Under the pieces are notes generated by a model, which made no database searches, was not told where the DNA came from, and worked only from the letters and a program-made list of their open reading frames with translations. Below are positions 1 to 12,968 of a stretch of DNA of 64,000 bases, piece by piece. Numbering within the stretch: position 1 is the first letter of the stretch; every line of letters begins with the position of its first letter. A program made the position numbers and the translations under genes. The DNA lies in the NCBI RefSeq assembly GCF_009914755.1, contig NC_060929.1; one strand, given 5' to 3'. The stretch is from the human T2T-CHM13v2.0 reference genome, Homo sapiens.

Positions 1-278
1 ACTTTGCAGAAAAAGACCCTTGAGGCCCTAGGGAGGTTTACAGCTAGTTGCCAGGATCTTTCTGAAGTCAGAAATGAAGTGCAAGTTTAGACTTTTAGAT
101 CTACACCCCAGGACTTGTCCCACACAAACACAGAAGGGACAGCTGACTCCACTGGTAAGGTGAGCAGTGATAGTACTATCTTTTCTTTTGGTCTGTGATA
201 ATTCTTGAGTTTCCCATCAGTGTTACTCCTTGGGAGTCCTTCCTATACAGACAAAGCCTATATTGAAATGCTTTAAGG

Positions 279-568
279 CAGCAGTCCCCAACATTTTTGG
301 CACTAGGGACCAGTTTCATAGAAGACAATTTTTCCATGGACTGGGGAGGGGTTTGGGGATGGGGAAAGGGCTTGGGATGAAACTGTTCCACCTCAGAACA
401 TCAGGCATTAGATTCTCATGAGTGTGCAACTTAGATCCCTCACATGCACAGTTCACAATAGGGTTCACGCTCCTATGAGAATCTAATGGTGCCGCTGGTC
501 TCACAGGAGGAGGAGCCCAGGAGGAGCTTACCGGTACCAGTCTGTGGCCCAGGGTTTGAGAATCCCTG
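279..568. mobile_element. MER1B-like hAT-Charlie DNA transposon
   Basis: Starts cagcagtccccaacatttttggcactagggaccagtttcatagaagacaatttttcc and ends aatccctg; 8-bp TSD ctttaagg (271-278) / ctttgagg (569-576). Confidence 0.9.
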
Positions 569-2324
569 CTTTGAGGTTTTGCTCAACAGGGTAAAGTCAT
601 GTAAGTTTTACCTGGTAGACTGATAGGTGTTTCTTTATCTGGAAAACCTGGTGTCACCGACAAAGAGAACAAGTCTGGAACAACGGGACTCAGGACAAGT
701 AAGTTTGGATAAGTAGGCTGAAAAAACAGAGGAAAACAGTCCAAAGTATGAGGTTATCTAGGACCAGAATACATGAAATAGTAAAAGGAATAGCAATGGG
801 GGTTGGAGAAAGGGAATTAGAGTAGCAGACACTTGGCTGGCTTTGAAATAGAGCAAAAGGAACAGAGGAAATGAAAACCAGACTTGGCTGAATTTACAAA
901 ACTGCCTGAGGCCAGCACTGCTTCCCAGGGGAGGAGAGACCAGTGGAAAGGGTGATCTGGCTGTTTTTAGGGTGATGTCTTTGATACCCTAACCTCATTG
1001 GCACCACTCCTCAGGGAATGATAAGCCCTCAAAGAGCTGTGAGACTGGGAGTGTCAGGAGCAGAGCAGGAGCAGGAGAAAAACCTAGGAAACATCAGAAT
1101 TTCTCCAGGCTGGGAGGAGTGGAGTGGGGCAAAGGTCTTGGAGTTTCCCATTGGGTAACCATGCCCAGGCCCATCTCCTGGGGAGGCAGGTGTGCCTGGC
1201 ACAGTTTAAGTTGTGGCTGAGCATCTGTAAGTGCCTATCTAAGACCATCTGGGATCTCTGATCTCCTAGGGAAAGAAGCATGTGACAAAGAACTGGCAAC
1301 ATCAGATGGACCTGTCCTGACTCAGACATGAGAAATATGTTCATCAATTTCACCGACCCATCCTGCTGCTCGTCTCTCTCCCCCATCTCCTTCTTGGTGC
1401 CTTCTAGGACTGTCAAGAGATATGGTTTACTTCTTTGATAAAATGTAGTTATTTAGTAATCTATTAATACACCTTACTTCAAAAAATATTTTTAAATTAA
1501 ATATGAAAAGACATCAGCGAGTTTTCCTCTACATCCAAACACTTCTCCAATTTTAGCTTCACAATTTCCCACGGTCTCACTCTTCTTTTCTGCGTTGCCC
1601 AAACCTTCATGCCGATCTCTGACTGCTTTAGTTTCTATCAGGATCCACCCACAAGGGACACGGATGGATAATCCTGCCCTTTCCTGACAAGCTCTTCTTA
1701 TCACCAGCCCTTACCTGTTCTCTGGTCCATTCCCTGAGGGCTTTGTTCAGTGCTATCTATTCTGGTAAATCAACCCATGCCAAGAGGAAACAGTTGCTTA
1801 GACTTTGTAGAGAGAATCAAATGAGAGAAATCAATACACACAGGTGAAGTCTTAATATTATTTCTATCAGTATATTAGTCCTCACAGTCAATAAACTGAC
1901 ATTAGTAGGGACTCTCAGAACGTTAATCTAAATGAGTGTCTCTGTTCTAGGGAATTTCAAGCATCAGGGCAGGCTGGAGTTAGGGAGAGGCAGAAAGGAG
2001 AGAGGCTGCAGCTTTGGGCTCTTCTCCACTCACATTTTCTAAACCAGCTGCCCACTCCCCCTGAGGTTGCAGCCCATCCTATGGCCAGACCACATTTTGC
2101 TTCATTCACTTGCATCCACAAAAAGCCTAGATTGATCTATAGTTAATAACATAAACTGTTCAGAGGATACAAGAGCAGTAATGAATAGGTAGTACCCAAT
2201 TATGGAAAATAGCATTTCTTTGGGGCAAATGTCCTACAAAATCTCCCAGTTGGGAAGAAATCATTCTTCAGGGACTCATTCCCCTAGACAGGGGCAAAAT
2301 TGCTTTTGTTGTGGGGAGTCAGCA

Positions 2325-2495
2325 CTGCCACTGTCCAGCTCTGTGAGATGAGACAAACTGTTTAGTATCTCTGAGTCTCAGTTGCTTTATGTATAAAATG
2401 AGGACAAATACACCTATCTCATCAGGTTGTGAGGATTCAATTTAATATTATGCAATATGTGCAAACCATGTAACTCAAGGCTTGTTACATAGTAA
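2325..2495 (+). mobile_element. MIR SINE
   Basis: MIR core tctctgagtctcagttgctttatgtataaaatgagg...gttgtgaggattcaa. Confidence 0.75.
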
Positions 2496-3504
2496 ACAAG
2501 GGAAAATTGTAGCAACCACAGCAACTATTCCTACACATTTTGAGAGGGGGAATATTTGGCCTTCCAAAGGTACTTGAAGATAACTATGTGATATTCACAT
2601 TATTAAAAAAATTAAAAGGCATAAAACTAGGAAAATAATTTGGGCTTGAGAATTCCACATTGCCCTTTGAGACAACTGGCAAAACCTTGAAATGTCTCAA
2701 CCTCAGGGATAGGAATTTCTACACTAGAGATAGACATTACCTGTCTGGCAGCTCCCGGAGACAGAACAGAGGGCCTGGCCACCCCTGGAGAAGACTTCTC
2801 CCTCCCACTAAGCTAAGGGCATCCCATTCCCTGTCCTTTCCCTCACCTCACCCTTTTCCACCCACCAGCTCCCCTCCCAGCTGTGAGAGCCTGCAAGAGC
2901 CTGCCTAATCTGAACTTGGAGACTGCTCTTTTGCCTTTAAAATGCCTTGCCCAGCTTAATCAGTAACCAGCGATCCTCTAACTGCCAGTTAGTCTCCTGC
3001 CCTGACATGAGCTCCTTCTCCTGCCAGCCGGCAGATGTGACTTTTTTAGGAAGATTCAATTCCCAGCCTTTGCCCTTCCTGCCAATGACAGCTTCCCTCT
3101 TTGAAGGTTACCTGTCGCTAGCATTCTTGCGCATGAATGCAAACTAAAGTGGGTGCTTATCCTGACCTTGAAGAAGCACATCATTCTGTATATGAGTTCT
3201 AAAAAAGCACACTTGACATTTGCTGTCTTATGTGTGTCAGGACTGAGAAAAGGAAGCCCCACATGGCGGGATACCCTCTTAGGTCCACAGATCTGGCTTG
3301 TGAATGGCACTTGTCAACTAAATCTTGCAATGATATTCAGCAGGCATGATGTGGAGGAAATGTTAATGAAATCCTGCCTAACTGAAGGAACACATTTGAA
3401 TAGAATCAAAGTCATATGTGGGATTTTTTTTCTCATATACTGTCTTCTCTGCATACATTAACCTTTTGCCAGCTTTAAAAAAATAAAAAGACATAAAACT
3501 AGAA

Positions 3505-3600
3505 TGATTCACTCATTCAATCATTCTTCAAACACTTATGGAGCACCCATTATGTACCAGACCCTGGTACAGGGAATAAAATATTGAATGAGACACAGAT
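3505..3600 (-). mobile_element. L2 3' end fragment
   Basis: cattcaatcattcttcaaacacttatggagcacccattatgtaccagaccctgg resembles the antisense L2 tail. Confidence 0.7.
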
Positions 3601-4264
3601 TATTTTAGGCAAATAATCTATTATTCAGCATTTTATGGTGAGAACCCAACTTCTCAATTTGTTAAAAAAACAAAGTATTTCAAATGACCCTTTGCTTCAT
3701 TTTAAAATAGGCAAAGGGAAAGGCGGGGCTCTTAGAAAGAGCAGAGTGTTACATTAGCTAAGTCATGCTGTGGACTTGTGAAAATTTTTTGAGAGGCAAT
3801 AGCATGTTGAGTTATGGGAAACAGACATGCAAGCAACCAGGATGGATGGGATGATCTTGGACAGTCTTTCAGGAGAGTGCCTAGACATGCCATTGTTTGT
3901 GAAATTGTCTTTCAAACAAGAAGAACCTATAATGGCAAAGTTAGGCTAGCCCTCCCTTGTCCAGTCTCTTCCTCACTGCCTGACACCACTGATAGAGAAA
4001 TTCAGCTGAGCACTGCTCTGCTGATAGTGGTGTGAGGCACTCCATTTAGCAGAAGCTTCCTGATGCAGAGTTTTTAGAGAACTCAAGGACTTGCTCTGTC
4101 ATCATCATAAGTGCATGTTTCCATCGCTGAGTCAGAAGAATGAAATCAGAGCTGGACCAGACACAAATGGGTGAGTCAAAAGAAAGACTTGCTGCAGAGC
4201 AAGCCCCACTGCTGCTAAGATTGCTGAGGTGTGGTGTGGAGCAGCTCAGCAAATGCCTAGGGCC

Positions 4265-5640
4265 CATTCATTCATGCAACAAATGGATATGAAATACCTC
4301 GTGTGTTGTGAGAACTGTCCTAGGTACTAGGGACAGAGCATCGAACCAAACAGACAAGGCCACACCCTCGGGAGGCTTATATTGTAGTGGAGAGTGACAA
4401 TAAATGAATGGTATCATTTAAATTATTAAAAGAGTGAGGAAAAAAATAAAAGATGAGCTAAAGAGTAACCTATAAAAAAAGACTTACATTGGTCCAGACT
4501 GTATTGCAGACAACAGAATCCACTCTAGCTAGTTTAAGCAGAAAGGAATTCTATACAGGGAATTCAGTGATTACAAAATTGTTAAAAGGACTAGAGGAGG
4601 AGGCTCTAGACTGACCTCTCAAGAACAATCCCCCATCTATGCACATTCTGTTATAAGAAACTGTTGTATGGTGACTTCTGTTGATATCTGGGGTGGGGTG
4701 GGGGATGCTGTTGTATTAGGGAAGGTACTATACCCCTGCTGACTGCAGAACCATACTAGCCCCCAGTGCAATCAAAATAGCAGACACTGAATCAAGAAGC
4801 TGCCTCTTCCTGCTACAAGTCACAGCCACAGCAATGACTACTTGCTCCAGACTCAAACCACTTCTGCCACAATCCATGCCAACACAATGACACTTGGTCC
4901 CATCAAAATGGAGATCCTGTGAACCACAATATCGATGCCTTGCATTTTGTTGGGGGAAACTGAATCATTTCTAGTACCCAAGCTTCAAGACAGTCTGGAA
5001 AATGCGGGTTTTAGCTTTGCATTCTTGACATGGGATAAGGGAGTTTGAAGGGATGTTAGACTACCCAATCCATAGTAGCTACAAAACCACTTTGAGAAAG
5101 ATAGTCAGGGCATGCCTCTGTGGAAGGTGACATTTAAGCTAAGACCACGTGAAGGACTGACAAAGAAACAGTCCAGGAGACACAACAGCAACAACTCTGG
5201 ACTTAGTAATTGGGGGCAATAGAGAACTTAGAGAAGTTAGCAGAAGCTAAATCAAGCAAGGCTTTGAAGATCATATTTAGGAGTTTGGAGTTTATTCAGA
5301 ATGCAAGAGAAAGTTTCATGAAGGAGACTGGCAAAATCTGATTTGTATTTTTAAAAGAAAATTTCATCCGTAAGGTGAAGAATGAATTATCAAAGGGCAA
5401 AAATTGAGCCAAGGAAGAAAGACAGAAAATTATTGAAGATTAGAGATGATGGTGCCTTGGGCTAGATGTTGTCTGCAGAAATAAAGTTGACACTTTCTCT
5501 GTGTGTTTTTTAGGGAGAATTACAGGGTTTCAGAAGGAATTAGATGTGAGGAGTTACAGAAAGAAACATTCAGGATTGCTCTCGTATTTCTAATCCAAAC
5601 AAAGGGTGGGTGATATTTCATTTGCTGGATTGAGGAAGAG
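4265..5640 (-). mobile_element. Fragmented L2, interrupted at ~4490-5080 by a probable old ERVL/MaLR LTR
   Basis: L2 tail (cattcattcatgcaacaaat...) at 4265; L2 body resumes near 5095 (gaaggtgacatttaagctaagacc). The intervening piece has an LTR-like end ttgcagacaacagaatccactctagctagtttaagcag. Confidence 0.55.
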
Positions 5641-7329
5641 TGAGTAGAACATGTCTACAACTGACCAAAACACACAGTTCTTGATGTTTAAAAGAGATCT
5701 GTCATGTAGACAGGATGGAGGTAGACACAACCAGAAAGCTTCAGGCTTTGCTCTCCCAACTGGCCGCTAATTTAATTCTTCAGAGTATTCCTGAGGTTCT
5801 GGAGAAGTGGGTCTCCAACTCTATGTACCTAAGATTCTGACACAGGTGGGATCCATATTTAAAGACATGTGGAGCAGTGTAGAATTGTTTGGGGGGCTGG
5901 TATCTAATCTTCATGAGGAATGAAAGTCATAAAATAAAGAGTTCATTTGGAGATAAAAAGCAGAGTTCTGAAAAGTGCTATAAATTTAGAACAGTGGCAA
6001 ATCAAAGCCTCGTGCTGCCATTTTGGCACAGCAAAATAATCCTAAGGTCACCTGCCCCCATGCCCTTCCCTTTCTTACCTCTATTCATTTCCACCACTAA
6101 AATATTTCTTAGAATCACTTGCATAGGATGCTTACTGGGTTTTTAGGAACTAATAATTAAATGATGAAATGATGTCAAAAAACAAAATGTAGATTACTGT
6201 CTCTTTATAAATATAAATGCTATAAATGATCAGCCTGGGAGTCACTCTTTACTTGGAAAAACCACAGCTCTAGACGATGCTATAATGTCTTCAACAAATA
6301 AATAAACCAACAAGAATTTAAAAGTCTCAGCAAGAGACAGAAGGAGAGGCCATGCCTGAGCCCTGCCTCTCTTAAGCAACCAGAGCTCTTAGAATAGCTC
6401 TGTTGCTGGGGCAGAAGCAAATCATCTTTTCCTCTCCCTGAGTATTAAATCTTCCACATGTCTTTAATACTCTCCATGAGCAGACCAGTGCCAAAGGAGA
6501 AAAAGATTTAATTTCATGTTGCTAGGTTTTCACAGTTCTGCAATTAATAAAGAAGTAAGTTCAGTCAGCTGGCCTGTTAGAAAAGTAAAAGGAGAGAGTT
6601 AAAATTGTTTATTTGACCCACTTCAAATCATGCAAAACTACAGAATAAAACAATTCCTAACTTGTTCCCAGCTCCCACACCTCAATCACTTTCAAGGAAA
6701 GTGCTTCTGAAAGTATTTCACACTTACAAATGAAAATATTTTGCCAACATGGGCACTCTGAGGTCTGCGTGAAAGACTTTTTGAGCCCTTCTCCTACCCT
6801 ATAGAAGATGTAAGTATATAATATAGTAAGCCCAAGAGTAAAGTTGCCAGCTGTCAAACTGGTGATTTGTGGGTGACAGAGATACATACCCAGTGCTCTC
6901 AAGAGTTAAAGGTTAAGTCAGTGTAATATATCACTTGATAAAGGGAAGTTGGTATATATAAAAAGAAAGGTTGATTTTTTGAAGGATTCTATTTAATAAA
7001 ATAGTTGGTTAGTAACTACATGGTTGACTGAATTTGGCCAGTTTCCTTGTTTTAGAGCCATCAATTTGGGCTCAGTTTCCATCGTTAGTCCTCTCCCTGG
7101 CTGTGTTGGGGTTTCTGTTAAGTGCTTATACCAAAGTGTGGGGAGGGGGATGCAGAAGGGGCCTGAGCCACAATTTGTTATTTCTGTCATCTATTAGGAA
7201 AACAGATTCGCGTGGAACTTTTCTTTAGAATCTCCTGGTTCTGAGCAGATGGCAGATATTTAATACACGTCTCTTGGCTGTGTCAATGAATCATGGTATC
7301 CATCTGGTACGGGCAAATTCTACACTGGG

Positions 7330-7870
7330 CATTGTGGTTGCCTCTGTAACATACATTCCACTTCTCTCTTACTGAGAAAAAGCAGTGGTGTCACAGGAAA
7401 GACCCTCAGTTAAAGAGATGGCCCTGGACCATTATGAGGAACCTCAACCTCTTTTCCAGAGACCGATTTAAAAACTGGGCATGTGATTCTTGATTCTGGC
7501 CAGGGAGACAGAAAGAGAAGCTTCTGGGAATGTTCATCTTGGTTCTTCAGAGAGAGAGAGCGTGCAATAGGAAGCTGGTTTTCTCTTCCTTGCTGTATGG
7601 GAATTAGGAGGCTTGCACCCCACAAAAGCTGCTGGCAGCCATTTTATGAACTCAAGGAAACCAGCCTGAGAATGAAGCCAAAGATTAAGACAACAGAATG
7701 TAAAAATTGAGAGAACCTGGCCCTTTGATAATTTTTTAACTCATCGAATCAAACACAAAGCTTCCTTTACCTCCGAATTGCCTGTTATAAGACCTAATAA
7801 ATATCCTTGTTGTTTAAGCCAGTTTGAATTTGATATTTTGTTTCTTGCAGATGAATTTAAATGATATGAA
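7330..7870 (+). mobile_element. MLT1-family (MaLR) solo LTR
   Basis: 3' end aataaatatccttgttgtttaagccagtttgaatttgatattttgtttcttgcag is typical of old MLT1 LTRs. Confidence 0.7.
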
Positions 7871-8175
7871 GACTGCCCCATTTTCACAAGCAGATTTTGT
7901 AAAGTATCTATTTCAAATATCCAGGGTACCTTTCTTTGGAATGGATAATCAGTAAATAACTTTATATTTCTAGAATGTCTTTAACAGTCCCTTCTCACTA
8001 TAAAGCTGATTTTTAAGAACTAAAAAGTTTACAAAAGTCATAGGAAATCGGGGCTGACAGTATAGAGCTTCTTTAGAAGTTATACTCTCATTTATGTGAG
8101 TGTTTGAAAGCAAATCTTATAAGTTTAAGTGCAGTTTTTAGTTCATGTCATTTGGTTATATTTAGATGAGTCTTT

Positions 8176-8958
8176 ATATATGTGTGTATATATATATAAA
8201 ATATATATATAAATATATATATAAAATATATATATAAATACATATATAATATATATATAAATATATATATAAAATATATAAAAATATATATATAATATAT
8301 ATAAATATATTATATATATAATATATATAATATATATATAAATATATAATATATATAATATATATAATATATATTATATATAATATATATAATATATATA
8401 ATATATAAATATATATAATATATATATAAATATATATAAAATATATATAAATATATAAAATATATAATATATAAATATATATAAATATATAAAATATAAT
8501 TTATATATTTATATATAAATATAATTTATATATTTATATATAAATATAATTTATATATTTATATATAAAATATATAAAATATAATTTATATATATTAATA
8601 TATAAATATATAAAATATAATTTATATATATTAATATATAAAATATATAAAATATAATTTATATATATTAATATATAAAATATATAAAATATAATTTATA
8701 TATATTTATATATGAAATATATAAAATATAATTTATATATATTTATATATAAAATATATAAAATATAATTTATATATATTTATATATAAATATATAAAAT
8801 ATAATTTATATATATTTATATATAAAATATAATGTATATATATTTATATATAAAATATAATGTATATATATTTATATATAAAAATATATAAATATATATA
8901 TAAAATATATATAAATATATATATATAATATATATATATATATAAAATATATATATAT
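8176..8958. repeat. AT-only microsatellite/minisatellite tract
   Basis: About 780 bp with only a handful of G/C; degenerate (TA)n flanks and internal ~25-36-bp units containing aaatataatttatatat. Confidence 0.98.
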
Positions 8959-9149
8959 TTTATTTATCCCTGGAAATTTCTAATCAAAGCCTATACAAAA
9001 GCAACTTAAGCCAGACTGTAAAATGGAAAGCCCCACCCAGGCATACCCCACTGCTCTGTAATCAATTACCCCTTCTACACATGCAATAAAACACCCATTC
9101 TCTAACTGGGTGGTAGCTGGGCATGAGATTGTACATTGCAAGATAGGAT

Positions 9150-9390
9150 AGCTCATAAGAGCATGGAATTCAAATCTTCACTCTGTCATTTATTAGCCGT
9201 GTGCCTTTGAGTGAAATACTTAACCTCTATGAACCTCCATTTATCCTTTTGTATTGTTTTGTATTTAAAACAGTAACTGTGTTTATCTCATTATTACCAT
9301 TACCATTATTGTGTGCATTGTATAGGATAACATGTGTGAAGCACTTAGCGTAGGGCCTGCCATGTAGAAACTGCTCAAGAAATGTTATTA
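9150..9390 (+). mobile_element. MIR SINE
   Basis: ttcaaatcttcactctgtcatttattagccgtgtgcctttgagtgaaatacttaacctctatgaacctc...gtgaagcacttagc. Confidence 0.8.
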
Positions 9391-10691
9391 ATACTCACTT
9401 TGTGGTGCAAGTGATCAATGAGTTTTACCTGAAGAGAAGATGCTGGAATTTTTTCAGTGCAGCTTGACAAGCCAAATTATTAACTAAATAAGTGGGGTTT
9501 AGGAGAGTGCTGTCTGGGACAGCAGGCAGTGTGGGCTCACCTTTTCCAGGTACCTTCTTAACACTGCCCTCCTCCCTTTCTCTCATGGACTTAGCCTGCA
9601 GCCCTCTCCCTCCACAACACTCAAGAGTTAACTCTGATTCTTTCACATGGAGCTCAGAGTAGTAAAAAACAATTATAACAGAGCATGATGATGATATCAT
9701 GGCTTGATATAGAAACTCTCAAAGTTGTCTTTTTTAAAATCTGGAATATAAAGAATGACTAAATTAACAAACAAAGGAAAAGGGAAAAAAGCAATAGAAC
9801 CTGCTCATATTGGCTCAATTCTAAGAAATTTAAGAAACCGCTTAAGGGTTTGGTGGAAACAGCACTGCTGTCTCCAGCTTAGTGTGACCTTGTGCAGGTC
9901 ATAGCATCACCCGGGACATCAAAAGCCTCATCTCTCAGATGAAGAGCTTGGACAGGAGCCAGTGTTTTCAACATGTGCTTCCTAGCACCTCTTCAGGGGC
10001 TGTCGGGGGTGTGAGTGAGAGGGGAGGGGTGCAGAGGGGGACACAGGGGCATACAGAGCTAGTCTTTGTGGTCCCCTCATTGGCTCTAACCACAGCAGTT
10101 TCATGGTCACCTGTTTTATCTACTGCTTTTCAATAAAAAGTTTGAATAAGCACACAAGGAAGTTTAACTCAATAGTCTTCCAGGTCCCTCCCAACTCTGA
10201 CTCCCCAAGAGTCCCCTCACATGGCTCTGATCCCCAGCACTCCCACCCCAGCCCAATCTTTCCTTTCCACTGAACAGACAAGGGGGTGTCACCAGCTGTG
10301 TTGCCTGCACGCTGTTTCTGTACCAGGAGGACCTGGAAGACCACAACTTCATTCTCCTTGACCGGGAAACCTAGAACAGGTGTTAATGAACCCCACAGAG
10401 CCCCCCGATGAGGAGGGGTTGTGAGAACAGTAGAAACCTGATCCTGAGAGCAGAAATAGAAAGGTGACAAGCTTAGACTGGGTGCTGCACATGGGGTTGA
10501 ATTTTTGAGATTCCTGAGCTGAGCTTTTCCTAAACCAACTTTCTTTTCTCCATTCCACCCCCAAGGTGCCCACAGAAGGAAGGCTAAAGAGATCATATCT
10601 GATCACTCTCCATACATTTAATTTATGTGTGTTCACCTAACCTCTTTCAAAGCCCTTGTAGAGCCTGAGTGGGAGCTCACGAGTCTAAATG

Positions 10692-10692
<1 letters not shown>

Positions 10693-10746
<54 letters not shown>

Positions 10747-10777
10747 CAGGATACACACACACACACACACACACACA
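10693..10777. repeat. Compound microsatellite (TA)25 and (AC)12
   Basis: Perfect (TA)25 at 10693-10742 and (AC)12 starting at 10753. Confidence 0.98.
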
Positions 10778-10779
10778 AA

Positions 10780-11920
10780 TATAGCATTATTCTGTAACTT
10801 GATTTTCTTTTTTTGGTTCAAGATTTTGCTTTTAAGATCCATTTATGTTGAGACATATAGTTCTAGAAGGGTGTCCCCAGGCTTTTGGCTTCCCCTGAGC
10901 CACATTGAGAGAAGAATTGTCTTGGGCCACACATAAAATACACTAAACACTAATGACAGCTGACAAGCTAAAAAGAAAAAAAAAAGAACCCACAGAAAAC
11001 CCATAATGTTTTAAGAAAGTTTACAAATTCAAAGCTGTGCCATGCTCAAAGCCATCCTGGGCCACGGGTTGGACAAGGTTGTTCTAGAGATCATGTTCAC
11101 TTCAGTAGAATATGTCCTGGCATGAAGAGACCTCAGCTTATCTAATCTTCAGTAAATGGAAATTAAAGCTGTTTCCAATTTCTATCCATTACAAATGATG
11201 CTACACTGAACACATCCATATGTGAATGCATTAGAGTAGTAGAGAATCGGTGGAGTGAAAATTAACCTTATTTTAAATTTTATTTTATATTACCAAATTG
11301 CTTTCCAAAGTGGTGGCTCCAATTTACACTCCCACCAGCAAAGTATGAATATTTCCTTGCCCCAAATCTTCACCATCACTTGAAATTGGCAGACTTCTCC
11401 ATCTGTACAAACCTGATGGATGTGAAAAATTTATTTTACCATAATTTTAATTAACTTTTCCATAATCACTGAAGTTTTACAACTTTTCAAATGCTTATTA
11501 GCCATTCCTGTTTCAGCTTCTGTCAATTGCCTGTTCTTATCTCTTGCCTATTTTTGTTTGTCTTTTTCTTATGTTTTATGTGCATTCTTTAAGTATTCCA
11601 GATATTATTTCTCTGTCAGTTACATATATTACAAATATCTTCTCTCATACTGTGATTTGTCATTGTATTTTGTTTATTTAAGTTGTCTTTGTCATACAAA
11701 ACTTTTCATGGACTCAAAGTTACCAGTATTTTCCTTTATGATATGTGGTTTTCAGGCCTTAAGAAACCCTTCCCTACCTCAAAGTCATAAAGATATTTCT
11801 GTATATATTATTGTAAAGTTTAATGTTTTATAATTTAAAAATATCCAGTCTAATTGAAATTGAATTTTTATACATGAAATGTGGCAGAAATATAATTTTA
11901 TCTTTTTTTATCTTTTTCCA
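10780..11920 (-). mobile_element. Old mammalian L1 (L1M class), 3' part
   Basis: Antisense L1 ORF2-end motifs such as ttgctttccaaagtggtggctccaatttacactcccaccagca; highly diverged and T-rich. Confidence 0.8.
10868..11081. mobile_element. MER30 hAT-Charlie element inserted in L1M
   Basis: gggtgtcc...ttttggcttcccctgagccacattg...gggttggacaaggttg; flanked by ttctaga at 10861 and 11082. Confidence 0.88.
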
Positions 11921-12088
11921 TGTGCCTTACCTAAAGTCGCATCCTTTTCCTGGGAAATCCTATATACAAAGACTGCTTGACAGGGAATAAAGACTCGGCC
12001 CTGAATAAGAACAGCTCCAGTCTGCAGCTCCCAGCGTGAACAATGCCGAAGACTGGTGATTTCTGCATTTCCAACTGAGGTACCGGGT

Positions 12089-12409
12089 TCATCTCACTGG
12101 GGCTTGCCAGACAAGTGGGTGCAGCCCACAGAGCAGGGTGGGGCATCGCCTCACCCAGGAAGTGCAAGGGGTCAGGGAATTCCCTTTCCTAGCAAAGAGA
12201 AACCATGACAGACAGCACCTGGAAAATCGGGTCACTCCCACCCTAATACTGCACTTTTCCAACGGTCTTGGCAAACAGCACACCAGGAGATTATATCCCG
12301 TGCCTGGCTCAGAGGGTCCCACGCCCACGGAGCCTCGCTCACTGCTAGCACAGCAGTCTGAGATCAAACTGCAAGGTGGCAGCGAGGCTGGGGGAGGGGC
12401 ATCTGCCAT
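12089..12409 (-). CDS. ORF0: L1 ORF0-like antisense ORF, 106 aa, open
   Basis: ATG at 12409-12407; MADAPPPASLPPCSLISDCCAS...IRVGVTRFSRC matches primate L1 ORF0. Expression cannot be shown from sequence. Confidence 0.6.
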   Translation of the reverse strand: MADAPPPASLPPCSLISDCCASSERGSVGVGPSEPGTGYNLLVCCLPRPLEKCSIRVGVTRFSRCCLSWFLFARKGNSLTPCTSWVRRCPTLLCGLHPLVWQAPVR

Positions 12410-12968
12410 TGCTGAGGCTTGACTAGGTAAACAAAGCTGCCTGGAAGTTCGAACTGGGTGGAGCCCACCGCAGCTCAAGGACGTCTGCCTGCCTCTGTAG
12501 ACTCCACCTCTAGGGGCAGGGCATAGCTGAATAAAAGGCAGCAGAAACTTCTGCAGACCTAAACATCCCTGTCTGACAGCTTTGAAGAGAGTAGTGGTTC
12601 TCCCAGCACAGAGTTTGAGATCTGAGAACGGACAGACTGCCTCCTCAAGTGGCTCTTTGACCCCCAAGTAGCCTAACTGGGAGGCACCTCCCAGTAGGGA
12701 GGTGACTGACACCTCATAAGGCTGGGTGCCCCTCTGAGACGAAGCTTCCAGAGGAAGGATTAGGCAGCAACATTTGCTGTTCTGCAGCCTCCGCTGGTGA
12801 TACCCAGGCAAACAGGGTCTGGAGTGGACCTCCAGCAAACTCCAACAGACCTGCAGCTAAGGGTCCTGACTGTTAGAAGGAAAACTAACAAACAGAAAGG
12901 ACATCCACACCAAAACCCCATCTGTATGTCACCATTATCAAAGACCAAAGGTAGATAAAACCACAAAG

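Noticed and set aside
6440-6472. 10-bp inverted repeat gagtattaaa / tttaatactc
   Set aside because: Expected by chance in 64 kb of AT-rich DNA, with no supporting context.
10625-10936. ORFs with IY and HT dipeptide repeats
   Set aside because: Artefacts of translating the (TA)n and (AC)n microsatellites.
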